DNA of 58,035 nucleotides from an uncultured bacterium (GTDB taxonomy: Bacteria > Hydrothermota > Tepidihabitantia > Tepidihabitantales > JBDRVQ01). The number at the start of each line of letters is the position of its first letter. The first letter of the stretch is position 1. The DNA lies in the NCBI GenBank assembly GCA_964425275.1, contig CAYRLZ010000013.1, forward strand, positions 1 through 58,035, in the 5' to 3' direction. Positions 1 through 9,877 of the stretch are shown here, piece after piece. The translations under genes and the position numbers were made by a program. The notes under the pieces were generated by a model. The model was not told where the DNA came from, did no database searches, and worked only from the letters and a program-made list of their open reading frames with translations.

Positions 1-822
1 TGGGGCAAGGTCGCTTACGGTCTTTGTGCTGGAATAGCCATCAATCGTAAATACCGCATCAAAAGTTACCGATGTATTGCCAAAATTCTTCACCTTCGCC
101 TGCGGGGTAATCACTTGACCCGAATCAACCGTGCCGGTTGGAGCAATAATCTCGGTCACCCCAACATCTAATAAAGTGTAATAGACCATTAAAACCGGTT
201 CTTTTGTGGAATACTCTCGGGGATAAAAGCAAATAAAACCACTCGTTGCTATTAATGATGACTCACCTACCGCAAGCTGATTTTCGGAATTTATTGGTAG
301 GGAAGGAGGAACGGCAAAAGTTTGGTCATCAGGGTCTTTTAACTTAAAACTGACATAACTATCACCGGCATTATAATTCCTTAAAACAATATCCTTTACA
401 TCTACCGAACGCGTCCAGGTATCAGTTACTAATCCGAAATTATCGTTCTGAATAATTGTATCCGAAGTAGGCAGAGCCCAGATTTCTTGTGCTGAATCCG
501 ACTCCTGCCAGGTTTGACTATTGACATTCCAAAACTTCATATCGCCATCCCAATCGCCCGCAATCCTTGTGACATAAACCTTAAGGAAACAAGAATCAAT
601 CAAGGCTCCTTTGGGAATTCCGGTGATATTAAATTTAAGAAAAGTATTAAGGCCTACACTACCGCCACTACCCCAACTTTCCACAAAGACATCTTGGGAA
701 GGGGTTAGGTTAATAACCGTAGAGGCCGTGATAAAAGAGAGTGGGAGTAATAGCATTAAAAATAAAAAGGTCTTTTTTACTCCCAATACCAAAGTTATCA
801 AAAATTTTTTGCTCTTTTTCAT
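1..822 (-). CDS. Secreted/surface protein, 3'-truncated by the window edge (signal peptide, DNRLRE/CBM96-like domain, then CARDB-like Ig domain)
   Basis: Not in the ORF track; translated by hand from ATG at 822 with SD GGAGGAG: MKKSKKFLITLVLG...LTPSQDVFVES...FLKFNITGIPKGALIDSCFLKVYV...DVGVTEIIAPTGTVDSGQVITPQAKVKNFG; frame open to position 1. Confidence 0.75.
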   Translation of the reverse strand, partial: MKKSKKFLITLVLGVKKTFLFLMLLLPLSFITASTVINLTPSQDVFVESWGSGGSVGLNTFLKFNITGIPKGALIDSCFLKVYVTRIAGDWDGDMKFWNVNSQTWQESDSAQEIWALPTSDTIIQNDNFGLVTDTWTRSVDVKDIVLRNYNAGDSYVSFKLKDPDDQTFAVPPSLPINSENQLAVGESSLIATSGFICFYPREYSTKEPVLMVYYTLLDVGVTEIIAPTGTVDSGQVITPQAKVKNFGNTSVTFDAVFTIDGYSSTKTVSDLAP

Positions 823-894
823 ATCTCCTCCCTTTCAAAAATTCTAATTTCTCTCTTCATATTTCAGCACTTCTCTCCCAGGGGTCTCTTTATA

Positions 895-924
895 AATTAT
901 AGGGGTAAAAGTATTTTTTGTCAA
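895..924 (-). promoter_or_regulatory. sigma70-type promoter for the 822..1 gene
   Basis: Minus strand reads TTGACA-N17-TATAAT, a perfect consensus. Confidence 0.75.
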
Positions 925-1009
925 TACCAAGGAATTAATTCGTAGGGAGGTAGCCGCAACCTTTGGGCTGTCCCCCTCACTACCTTCTAACATAATTGGC
1001 GACGGTAAA

Positions 1010-2254
1010 TCAATACGCCATTTTCTGTTTTAGATAAGGGATGACGGCTTCTTTTCTCATTTCCTTCTGTTCACCGGTTATCATATCCTTAACCGCTAAC
1101 ACCTCGCTTTTTAATTCCGCTTCGCCGATGATTATGGTAAATCGGGCATTATAGGAATTTGCCCGCTTTAACTGGGTCTTTAATTTTTCCCCCACCTCGC
1201 CAACAATCACGGGAATTTTATTCCCTCGTAAATCTTCAATTATTTCTTTTCCCCATAAGATTGCGTTCTCGGAGAGAAATGCAAAAAATACCAAATCGGT
1301 CTTCTTCTCCACCTCTGGTAAAAGGAGGAGAATTCTCTCCAATCCTAAGGCGAAGCCAACAGCGGGCGTATCCCTTCCCCCTAACTCGGAAAAGAGATTG
1401 TCGTATCTCCCACCGCCACCAAAACTATTCTGGGCACCAAGGGAATGGGCGACAAACTCAAATACCGTCCGGGTATAATAATCAATCCCCCGCACCAGTC
1501 TATTCTCTACCTCATAGTTTTTTAGCCCAAAGATTTCAATATGTTTCAAAAACCCAGCAAAATGTTCCTGACAGTCCAGGCAGAGATATTTCCCAATTTT
1601 TGGTGAAGACGAATATATCTCTTGGTCAACCGGATTTTTACAGTCAAAGACCCGTAAGGGATTTTTAACGAACCGCTCCTGACAATCAGGACAGAGCTCG
1701 GGCAAGCGGGAACTTAAAAATTCCCGGAGGTCATTTTTGAAAAGAGCGGCGCATTTTTGACAACCGAGGCTATTTACCTTTATTTGATAATCATTAATCC
1801 CGATGGCCGAGAAGAATTTTGCTGCCAGATAAATAATCTCGGCATCAACATAAGGACCCTTTTCACCCAATACCTCCACACCCAATTGGTGGTGTTCCCG
1901 GAGTCGCCCCTTTTGTGGTTTTTCGTAGCGATACATTGGTCCAATATAAAAAAGCCGAAGTGGTGGTGACATCCCTCCCTCCAGAATCGCTCTTATCACT
2001 CCGGGGGTTCCCTCTGGTCGCAAGACAATATCTCTCCCCCCTCGGTCTTGAAAGGTATACATCTCTTTTCTTACAATATCCGTGCCTTCGCCGGTGGAGC
2101 GGAGGAAAAGTTCCCGGTTTTCTAAGACCGGCGTCCGGATTTCTTGAAAGCCAAAAACCCGGCATTGCTCCTTAAATTTCTCTTCAACGAAAGATGCGGT
2201 CTTTGCTTCTTTCGGTAAGAAATCTTTTGTCCCCTTCGGTCTTGTATATTTCAT
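1010..2254 (-). CDS. hisS: Histidine--tRNA ligase
   Basis: RPKGTKDF, LRPEGT, YRYEKPQKGRLREHHQ, LVRGIDYY and GGGRYD motifs; likely start MKYTRPK at 2254 overlaps the upstream stop (ATGA). Confidence 0.97.
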   Translation of the reverse strand: MKYTRPKGTKDFLPKEAKTASFVEEKFKEQCRVFGFQEIRTPVLENRELFLRSTGEGTDIVRKEMYTFQDRGGRDIVLRPEGTPGVIRAILEGGMSPPLRLFYIGPMYRYEKPQKGRLREHHQLGVEVLGEKGPYVDAEIIYLAAKFFSAIGINDYQIKVNSLGCQKCAALFKNDLREFLSSRLPELCPDCQERFVKNPLRVFDCKNPVDQEIYSSSPKIGKYLCLDCQEHFAGFLKHIEIFGLKNYEVENRLVRGIDYYTRTVFEFVAHSLGAQNSFGGGGRYDNLFSELGGRDTPAVGFALGLERILLLLPEVEKKTDLVFFAFLSENAILWGKEIIEDLRGNKIPVIVGEVGEKLKTQLKRANSYNARFTIIIGEAELKSEVLAVKDMITGEQKEMRKEAVIPYLKQKMAY

Positions 2255-2577
2255 TTCGTCTTTGACCGCCAAAGGCGGATACAAATCCCCATGCCGATGC
2301 CAATGAGATTAAATAGAAAATCAATGAGTCCCGGTTCCCGATTTGGTATGTATCTTTGTAAAAATTCGGTCATCAGTCCCAAGATGATACCAAAGAAAAT
2401 GGCAAAACCGCCTAAAATTGGATAAGTAAAATAACCCCATAAGGTATAGAAGATTAGATGTCCAATCTTATCAATCTGAAGGCGCCGGCTTGCCTTATGG
2501 GAGGGTAGGGGAATTAAAGAGAAGAAGATAATCAAAAATAAAAGCCCGAAGCCGATTAAAATATCTCGCTGTTTCAT
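2251..2577 (-). CDS. VanZ-family small membrane protein
   Basis: DKIGHLIFY, TEFLQRYIPNR and DFLFNLIG match the VanZ-like pattern. Confidence 0.85.
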   Translation of the reverse strand: MKQRDILIGFGLLFLIIFFSLIPLPSHKASRRLQIDKIGHLIFYTLWGYFTYPILGGFAIFFGIILGLMTEFLQRYIPNREPGLIDFLFNLIGIGMGICIRLWRSKTK

Positions 2578-3179
2578 CTCTTAATTCTTTGGAGCCTTAT
2601 TAAATCCTCTCTCTCGTTTTCCGCTAATTTGAGGCGAATGAACTTTACGGTCTTTTCAATTGTCGGAATCAGAATGTATTCCAAGGCATTTACCCGGCGC
2701 CTTGTCTTCTCCATTTCAATTAGGAGAAGTTGCCAGGCTTTTTCGTCTGCCGCCAATGAGAGAAGATGGGGTAGAATATTTTTCAACTTCTCAATTCCTT
2801 CCTCTAATTCGCCCGAGGTCTGAAAGAGTCCATAACTCCGCTTCCGCTCAATTATTTCTACTTCTATTTGTGGGATGAGAAGATTCAATTTCCTCCTTTC
2901 TTTGGTTATAACCTTAACTTCAAAAGAAGGCAAAAGGATTGCCGAATCAAAAAATTGGGGATTTTCATAAAGACGGGCGATATTAAACCGAAGGAAGACT
3001 TCGGTTAGAGCCCTTTTGACCATCGCCCGTTTTTCCCGAATTTCCTTTAAGAGGAGAAGAATATGACGCATCAGTTCTTCCTGCTTATCTTTTAAGAGTT
3101 TGTGTCCCCGGCGGGCGATGGTTAATCTCTTTTTGAGCCGGAGGAGTTCCATCCGGGTAGCACCAGTTGGAATTAGCAC
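2574..3179 (-). CDS. ntpD: V/A-type ATP synthase subunit D
   Basis: TRMELLRLKKRL..ARRGHKLLKDK and EKTRRRVNALEY..IP signature segments; GTG start at 3179 preferred. Confidence 0.93.
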   Translation of the reverse strand: MLIPTGATRMELLRLKKRLTIARRGHKLLKDKQEELMRHILLLLKEIREKRAMVKRALTEVFLRFNIARLYENPQFFDSAILLPSFEVKVITKERRKLNLLIPQIEVEIIERKRSYGLFQTSGELEEGIEKLKNILPHLLSLAADEKAWQLLLIEMEKTRRRVNALEYILIPTIEKTVKFIRLKLAENEREDLIRLQRIKR

Positions 3180-3559
3180 CAACTATTCTATAAAAATTCT
3201 TCAAATAGTCAAGATGGCTTCCCCCTATGGTTTACCCAAAAATTTTAAATATTACCTCATTGACCAATAGATGTTTTTACTTTCTTCTGATTATTTATGC
3301 CAAAATCGTCCTTTTAGCGATTAAAATTTAGGGAAACACTTTGAGCGGATTTTTACTCTATATTTAGATATGGGAAAAAAGCTAATTTTATTAAGTATAG
3401 TTAAATCAATAACTTATGTTTTAGAGATTAACCCTTTCGGTATTTTATCTAATAAGGAGGTAAAAATGAGAGGATAAATAACCAATTAAAAAGACCTAAT
3501 CGCTTTTATCCGCACCAATCCATTTAGCACCGCCGGGGATTTTTCTTTTTGAAGGGGGG

Positions 3560-3810
3560 AGTGCTACAGGGGGTGCTATTCGGGATGGTATTAAATACCC
3601 TATTCTATACCCTATTCTCGGTTCTAAACTCTCGCCTATTCGGTATTCTATTCTCTTGCCTATTGGGAATCCTATTCTCTATCCTACGGAACGTTCTATT
3701 CTCCTTCCTATTGGGTATGCTATTCTCTGTCCTATTGGGAGTGCTATTGGGGGTTCTATTCTCTTTCCTATAAAGAGCCCTATTCAGAATGCTATTATTG
3801 GTTCTATTTC
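3560..3810. repeat. Degenerate 12-bp tandem array (NNNNCTATTNNN), about 20 units
   Basis: CTATT recurs at 12-bp spacing, e.g. accctattctat accctattctcg, tgcctattggga atcctattctct. Confidence 0.85.
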
Positions 3811-3926
3811 CAAGGAGATATGAAGGATGTTATTTTTCTTATTAAATTTAACCCGCTAAATTTTGGGAAACTCCAACCAGGCTTGACTGTTAGTCATTTT
3901 TGCTTAAAATAAGCACCGGAGGAACT

Positions 3927-4217
3927 ATGAATGAAGAAGAAAGAACACCACTAAATGTGGAAATTGGTGAGAAAGAATCCGAAGGAATTTATGCCAATTT
4001 CTTTCTCATTGCTCACTCCAGTTCTGAGTTTATTATTGACTGTGCCCGACTCTTGCCCGGCTTACCAAAGGCAAAGGTCTTCGCCCGTATTGTCACTACC
4101 CCCCAACACGCCCGGTTGTTGCTTAACGCCTTAGAGGAAAATATTAAGAAATACGAGGAAAGATTCGGGAAGATTAAAATCCCCGGTAAGGATGAGGCAA
4201 AGCCTTTCGGCTTCTAA
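3927..4217 (+). CDS. DUF3467-family protein
   Basis: EGIYANF..IAHS.SEFIID, RIVTTPQHA..L..AL.ENI.KYE..FG.I; SD GGAGG before ATG 3927; TTGACT-N16-TAAAAT upstream. Confidence 0.9.
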   Translation: MNEEERTPLNVEIGEKESEGIYANFFLIAHSSSEFIIDCARLLPGLPKAKVFARIVTTPQHARLLLNALEENIKKYEERFGKIKIPGKDEAKPFGF

Positions 4218-5487
4218 ATCGGACCTCCTCGGTTTGAATAACTCCCAGAAACTCGTCAATATCACTTCTCACCCCCTGATTTTCCTTGTTCGGTCTCTTG
4301 CTGAGAAATTAGAATTAGATGTCTATCTAGTTGGAGGACCTTTACGCGACCTAATCCTCAAGAGAGAAGTGAAGGATTTTGATTTCGCAATTGATGGTGA
4401 TTGGCAAAAATTTGCCCACAAGTTATTCTTGACCCTCCGCACCTCCTATCGGGCACGGATTATCTATTACCCCAAATTTATGACGGCGACAATTTTCCTG
4501 AGAAGAGAGGAGCGAAACGGCAAAAATAAATTTCTCTTCCCCTTCCATATTGATATCGCCCGAACCCGAAAGGAGATATATGAAAAACCCGCCCAATTAC
4601 CTAAGGTAGCACCGGCTTCAATTGCCGAGGACTTAAAGAGGCGGGATTTTACGATAAATGCTATCGCTTATGACCTTAAAAGAAAAAGGCTTTTTGACCC
4701 ATTAGATGGGAAAAAGGATATAAAGAGAAAAATCATCCGGGTTATCCACGAGCGAAGTTTTATTGACGACCCAACCCGAATCTTCCGGGCGATAAGGTTT
4801 GCGGTTAGATTTAACTTCCGGATAGAAAAGAAAACCGGCAATTGGCTTTTGTCCGCCATCAAAGGAGATTATATCGCTCGGCTCTCCGGTGAGAGATTTC
4901 TCAATGAATTACGGATTATTATGAAGGAAGAAAGATGGTTAACAATGATAAAGAAATTACAAAAGATAGGGGTTTTTCAAAGTTATTTCCAAAAATCTCT
5001 TCCCAACCAACACCTTAAAGATTTGGCGAAGATAAGATTATTTCCCGAAACTTCTCTCTTACTTCTCTATCTCCTTTCTCCTTTTGATACTACCAGATTA
5101 CCCCTAACCCGCCTGGAACAAAAAACCATCGCCGACCTTCGGAGGATTTCTTTTTTAAAAAAGCAACTGGTTCGGGCGAAGAAACCATCAACCCAATACA
5201 TTATCTTAAAAGACTTCACCCCGGCTTCCCTTCAACTCATTAAAGAATTAGTCCCCAAGACCTTAAACAAAAAAATAGAAGATTATCTGCATTCTTATAG
5301 GCAAGTTAAGGTCTCGCTCACCGGTCACGACTTAAAAAGATTGGGGATTAAACCAAAGGTAAGATACGGTGAATTATTAAAAGAACTTCTCTACCAACGA
5401 TTGGATGGAAAGATTAAAAGTAAGAGAGAGGAAATTAATTACCTCAGGCAAAGTGCGACCGAGGTTCACAATCAAAGGCTAAGGTGA
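4192..5487 (+). CDS. cca: tRNA nucleotidyltransferase (CCA- or A-adding, class II)
   Basis: VGGPLRD, DFD, EDLKRRDFTINA and DDPTRIFRAIRF motifs; true start uncertain. Confidence 0.9.
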   Translation: MRQSLSASKSDLLGLNNSQKLVNITSHPLIFLVRSLAEKLELDVYLVGGPLRDLILKREVKDFDFAIDGDWQKFAHKLFLTLRTSYRARIIYYPKFMTATIFLRREERNGKNKFLFPFHIDIARTRKEIYEKPAQLPKVAPASIAEDLKRRDFTINAIAYDLKRKRLFDPLDGKKDIKRKIIRVIHERSFIDDPTRIFRAIRFAVRFNFRIEKKTGNWLLSAIKGDYIARLSGERFLNELRIIMKEERWLTMIKKLQKIGVFQSYFQKSLPNQHLKDLAKIRLFPETSLLLLYLLSPFDTTRLPLTRLEQKTIADLRRISFLKKQLVRAKKPSTQYIILKDFTPASLQLIKELVPKTLNKKIEDYLHSYRQVKVSLTGHDLKRLGIKPKVRYGELLKELLYQRLDGKIKSKREEINYLRQSATEVHNQRLR

Positions 5488-6107
5488 GCACTGATTTCTT
5501 TCTCACTTTACCGGCTATCCTCTTTGGTCTTACCATCCACGAATATGCCCACGGTTATGTTGCTTACCGCCTGGGGGACCCAACCGCCAAACTCGCCGGG
5601 CGCTTAACCCTCAATCCCTTAAAACACTTAGATCTAATGGGCACCTTAGCCGTCTTAATTTTCCGTATCGGTTGGGCAAAACCAGTTCCGATTGACCCCT
5701 ACTATTTTAAGAATATAAAACGAGATACAATCTTAGTAAGTCTGGCTGGTCCGCTGAGTAATTTTAGCCTCGCCTTCCTTTCTGGGCTTATCCTCCAATT
5801 GGTAACCCCCAACCTCCCAACCAACTCTTTCTTCGTTTTAATATTACGTGATTTTGTCCTCTACAATCTCATCTTCTGTGCCTTCAATTCTCTTCCCATT
5901 CCCCCCCTTGACGGCTCTAAGGTTTTAAGTTATATTCTTTCCGATAAGGCAAGTTTATACTATATGCAACTGGAAAGATACGGGTTTTTCATCTTACTCT
6001 TCATTATTTTCATTGGCCAATTATTCGGAGCCCCGTTACTCTGGTGGGTTATCGGCCCCTTTGTCAATTTTTTCTCTAAATTGTTTGCCGGCTTTTCTAT
6101 GTTATGA
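5484..6107 (+). CDS. Site-2 protease family (M50) membrane metalloprotease
   Basis: HEYAH, AGPLSN and NSLPIPPLDG motifs. Confidence 0.93.
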   Translation: MSTDFFLTLPAILFGLTIHEYAHGYVAYRLGDPTAKLAGRLTLNPLKHLDLMGTLAVLIFRIGWAKPVPIDPYYFKNIKRDTILVSLAGPLSNFSLAFLSGLILQLVTPNLPTNSFFVLILRDFVLYNLIFCAFNSLPIPPLDGSKVLSYILSDKASLYYMQLERYGFFILLFIIFIGQLFGAPLLWWVIGPFVNFFSKLFAGFSML

Positions 6108-6108
6108 T

Positions 6109-8463
6109 ATGAAAAGAAGCGAAAAAAACAAAACCGGAAGACCAAAGGAGGAGGTCTTAGGATTTATCCTTATCCTCCTCTCGGTCTTAGTCTTTATCAG
6201 CCTCTTCTCTTATGCCATTGGTAAAAATACCAAAAAGACAAACTGGGGAGGTCCGACTGGACTTTTTATTGGCGCACTTCTCTTTCAAACCTTTGGTCTC
6301 TTCTCTTTCTTATTTGTCTTTCTTTTATTCCTCTGGGGGATAAATTTTTTCTTTAAGAAAAGACCTCGCTTTTCCCTGAAATTATCGGTCATCCTCTTTA
6401 TCTTCGCCTTTCTCCTTAATGCCCTTTTCGGTTATTTAGTCCCTACCTCCCCAATCGTTGGCCTTTCCGGCAGATTCCTGGGCGAAGGTTTTCATCACCT
6501 CTTTGGTAAGGTTGGGTCCCTTATTGTCCTCTTCGGTTCCTTAATTTTATTATTGCTCATATTTATTCCCACTGCCACCAAATTCATCTTTGGTGGATTG
6601 ACCTTCGTATTCTATCGTCTCCTCCTTTTGATTCTTTGGTTCGCTAAATTTACCTTCCGCGGACTTCTTGCCCTCCATTCCCTAATTAAAAAGAAGGCTA
6701 AAACTTCAACCAAAAGGACTGGGAAAGAAAGCAATACCCATCAACTTGCAACCCAACCAAAAACCGCCAAAGAAACCGAAGAAGCCGTGCCTCCGGAGGT
6801 AGTGCCGAAAGAAGAGACCGAAGAAGTGGTTTTCTCAGAAACCGCATTCCAAAAAGAATTTATCTCACTCCTCAAAGAAGAGACCGAGGGGATAGAGACG
6901 AAAGACGAAAGAGAATTAAAAGAGGAGGCCGAGATATTATCCAACAAACTCCGGGAGTTTGCGATTGATGGTAAGATTAGCAATATATTGACCGGTCCGG
7001 TAATAACCCGGTTTGAATTTGAACCAGCGCCCGGAATAAAAATCCAGCGGATTGAGAGTTTAAGTGACGATTTAGCCCTCTCCTTAAAGGCGGAGAGGAT
7101 AAGGATCTTAGCCCCAATTCCCGGAAAGTCCGCGGTTGGAATTGAAATCCCTAATAAAAAAAGGCGCATCGTCAGTTTGCGTAAACAGTTAGAGAAGGGG
7201 ATATTAAATGCCACAACCTCTTCTTTAGCCTTTGTCTTAGGCGAGACGATAACCGGAGAACCTTATTTTGCTGATTTACGGCAGATGCCCCACATCTTAA
7301 TCGCCGGAACCACCGGCTCCGGAAAATCGGTTTGCATAAATTGTATCCTCTCTTCAATCATCTATCGGGCTTCTTATCATGATGTCCGTTTTTTAACCAT
7401 TGACCCAAAGCAATTAGAACTGCCAATTTACGACCCAATTCCTCATCTTTTAGGTCCGACCACTACCGACCCGCAATCGGCGCAAAAAGAATTGGACCGA
7501 CTCCTGCAGGTGATGGAGATTCGCTATGGCGAATTTGCCCGGCTTGGTGTCCGAGATATTGAAAGTTACAATGCCCGGTGTAAAGAGATTGGCAAACCTA
7601 AAAAACCCTATATCGTAATTGTGATTGATGAACTGGCGGATTTGATGAAGACTACCCGAACCCCAGAAGAGATGGAGAGAAAAATTACCCGTTTAGCCCA
7701 GATGTCAAGAGCGGTTGGTATCCATCTCATCCTGGCCACCCAGAGGCCATCGGTTGATGTGATAACCGGGCTGATTAAGGCAAACTTTCCCTGCCGAATT
7801 GCCTTTCAGGTTGCATCCAAAACTGATTCCCGAACTATCCTGGATATGAATGGTGCGGAAAGTCTTTTAGGTATGGGTGATATGCTCTATTTACCACCGG
7901 GCAAAGGCGAGCCTTTAAGACTGCACGGTGCCTTCGTCTCCGCCGAAGAGACGAAAGGCCTGGTCAACCTCTGGGCAAGACGTTATCTAAAAGAACTCTT
8001 GAAGGACTTAGTCCCCAACCCAGAAAAAAAGGCTCGGGAACTAATTACCAGTAATGCCTTGGATATACTAATTAATAAAGAGAAGACTGCAATCAAAGAA
8101 GAACAAAAGAGATTAGCGGATATTCTTGGGGAAGAGGTTGCGGAAAAGATTCTCGCTATTGACTACCATTCGCCGCTTTCTGAGGAGAGGGACTTATTAA
8201 AATATAAGGAGCCGGTGATTGATTGGGAGCAAGAGAGAGACGAATACTTTTTTGAAGCCGCCCGGCTTGTCTTTCAAACCAAAGAGGCATCGGTTTCTAT
8301 GCTGCAGAGAAAATTAGATGTCGGATGGGCAAGAGCGGGAAGAATCATTGACCAACTGGAAAGAGCCGGCATTGTCGGACCTTATGTGGGCTCCAAGTCA
8401 AGGCGGGTTTTAGTGGAAACCGAAGAAGAACTACAGGCAATCCTCCGGCGACTCCAAAAATGA
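6109..8463 (+). CDS. ftsK: DNA translocase FtsK
   Basis: N-terminal TM helices, Walker A GTTGSGKS, IDELADLM, LATQRPSVDV, C-terminal gamma domain (SVSMLQRKL..GWARAGRIIDQLE); start taken at ATG 6109. Confidence 0.96.
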   Translation: MKRSEKNKTGRPKEEVLGFILILLSVLVFISLFSYAIGKNTKKTNWGGPTGLFIGALLFQTFGLFSFLFVFLLFLWGINFFFKKRPRFSLKLSVILFIFAFLLNALFGYLVPTSPIVGLSGRFLGEGFHHLFGKVGSLIVLFGSLILLLLIFIPTATKFIFGGLTFVFYRLLLLILWFAKFTFRGLLALHSLIKKKAKTSTKRTGKESNTHQLATQPKTAKETEEAVPPEVVPKEETEEVVFSETAFQKEFISLLKEETEGIETKDERELKEEAEILSNKLREFAIDGKISNILTGPVITRFEFEPAPGIKIQRIESLSDDLALSLKAERIRILAPIPGKSAVGIEIPNKKRRIVSLRKQLEKGILNATTSSLAFVLGETITGEPYFADLRQMPHILIAGTTGSGKSVCINCILSSIIYRASYHDVRFLTIDPKQLELPIYDPIPHLLGPTTTDPQSAQKELDRLLQVMEIRYGEFARLGVRDIESYNARCKEIGKPKKPYIVIVIDELADLMKTTRTPEEMERKITRLAQMSRAVGIHLILATQRPSVDVITGLIKANFPCRIAFQVASKTDSRTILDMNGAESLLGMGDMLYLPPGKGEPLRLHGAFVSAEETKGLVNLWARRYLKELLKDLVPNPEKKARELITSNALDILINKEKTAIKEEQKRLADILGEEVAEKILAIDYHSPLSEERDLLKYKEPVIDWEQERDEYFFEAARLVFQTKEASVSMLQRKLDVGWARAGRIIDQLERAGIVGPYVGSKSRRVLVETEEELQAILRRLQK

Positions 8464-9107
8464 CCAAGGACTTAGAAAAAAGGATTATTGAAAAGATTCT
8501 TCGTTTCGTTCCGGCTGAGGATGATGAAAGATTACTTTCCTTCATTGAAAAACTCCCATTATCAAAAACCAAAGAAAAGACACTCAATTTTTCTATTGAT
8601 GGCTATCGGATAGCCTTCTATCAATACCAGGATATAATAACCAAAGAAAAATTCTTAGAAGTCTGGCTTTTTGTGGGCGAAGACCCAATCGGCTATGTGA
8701 GAATTGACCCGCAGTTTGGCACTACCCGAGGAGAGCCAAGGAAATGGGAATTGACCCGGGCTTATATCCGACCAAAATTCCGAGGACGGAACCTTTCCTT
8801 TCTCTTTACCCGCATTACTTTGAGCCTGGCAAAAAAGAATAAAGCCCATTCCATTGTTGCCTATCCCCGACATGTGGCAATGCTTATCACCCTTCTGAAA
8901 GAAGGATTTATTACCCAAACCGGTAACTACGACCATACCTTAAAAAGAATCTTAAGGCAAGGGGGGCGCTGGTATAGAAGAGATGTGAACGCCCGCCGTT
9001 TATATTATGCCCAGGAACTCCGACCATTCATTCAAGAAGGGAGTTTCATAATGGAGAGGCAATTGACAAAAAAGACCTTCTGGCAATACCTCTGGGAGAA
9101 GATATAA
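8460..9107 (+). CDS. Hypothetical protein, probable GNAT-fold acetyltransferase
   Basis: AYIRPKFRGRNLS resembles the GNAT acetyl-CoA motif A; ATGA overlap with ftsK. Confidence 0.6.
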   Translation: MTKDLEKRIIEKILRFVPAEDDERLLSFIEKLPLSKTKEKTLNFSIDGYRIAFYQYQDIITKEKFLEVWLFVGEDPIGYVRIDPQFGTTRGEPRKWELTRAYIRPKFRGRNLSFLFTRITLSLAKKNKAHSIVAYPRHVAMLITLLKEGFITQTGNYDHTLKRILRQGGRWYRRDVNARRLYYAQELRPFIQEGSFIMERQLTKKTFWQYLWEKI

Positions 9108-9139
9108 TATAATACCCACCCTATCTCCATTTCTAATAA

Positions 9140-9417
9140 CCCAAAGGATTAACCAAGTAAGAGATTAAGAAGGAGATTTAGAGAAGGACACAAAGAGCGG
9201 CACAGGGAGAGACAGACCAAGGGATTAAGAAAGGTAAAAGAAAGGTAAAAGAGAGGGCAAGAGAAGGCGACTGGGAAAGGGATTAAGGAAGGGATAGAGT
9301 AAGGGACAGACTAAGAGACCCAGTAAAGCATTAAGTAAGGGGTAGGGTAAGGCATCCAGGGAACGATACCCTAAAAGAAAGGAAAAATCCAATAAGTCCT
9401 GTAAAATCAAAAACTTA
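9140..9417. repeat. Degenerate 12-bp tandem array followed by a 25-bp dyad box
   Basis: aaagggattaag gaagggatagag taagggacagac taagagacccag taaagcattaag taaggggtaggg taaggcatccag, then aaaaatccaa TAAGTCCTGTAAAATCAAAAACTTA. Confidence 0.75.
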
Positions 9418-9505
9418 AAAGCAAAATGACCTGATAAAAAAGTTTCCCAAAATCAAAGTTGCTTAATTTCCGAGAGACAAAACTTAAAGGGATTAGGGAT
9501 TATTT

Positions 9506-9877
9506 CTACTGTTTTATTTTCTCCCAGATTTCGTCCATCTCTTTTAATTTTACCGACCTCCCCTTTTTTCTCAACTTTCTTCTCAGCGCCTGGAAACGGA
9601 ACCAGAATTTATCGGTCGCCTCCTGCAATGCCTCTTCTGGATTAACCTTGATGTGTCTTGCCAGATTAACCACTGAGAATAAAAAGTCTCCAAACTCTTC
9701 TTTAACCTCTCTTCTCTTTCTTTTCCTTATTGCCATTTTCAACTCTTTTAATTCCTCTTCAATCTTATCAAAGACATCCATTTTATTCTTCCAATCAAAG
9801 CCTATCTTCTTGGCAATCTCCTGAACCCTCTTAGCCAACGAAATAGCACTCGGGTTTACTTTTTTTTCTCTATTCAC
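9506..9877 (-). CDS. MazG-like nucleotide pyrophosphohydrolase (single domain)
   Basis: GFDW, KIEEELKEL, EEFGDFLFSVVNLARH, EEAL..ATDKF..RF: similar to the MazG C-terminal domain. Confidence 0.88.
   Translation of the reverse strand: MNREKKVNPSAISLAKRVQEIAKKIGFDWKNKMDVFDKIEEELKELKMAIRKRKRREVKEEFGDFLFSVVNLARHIKVNPEEALQEATDKFWFRFQALRRKLRKKGRSVKLKEMDEIWEKIKQ

Noticed and set aside
9225-9410. 61-aa Leu/Pro-rich ORF and the Rpn-like 'GIKEGIE' reading on the opposite strand
   Set aside because: By-product of the 12-bp array; the GIxE frame has a TAA in most units and no nuclease domain is adjacent
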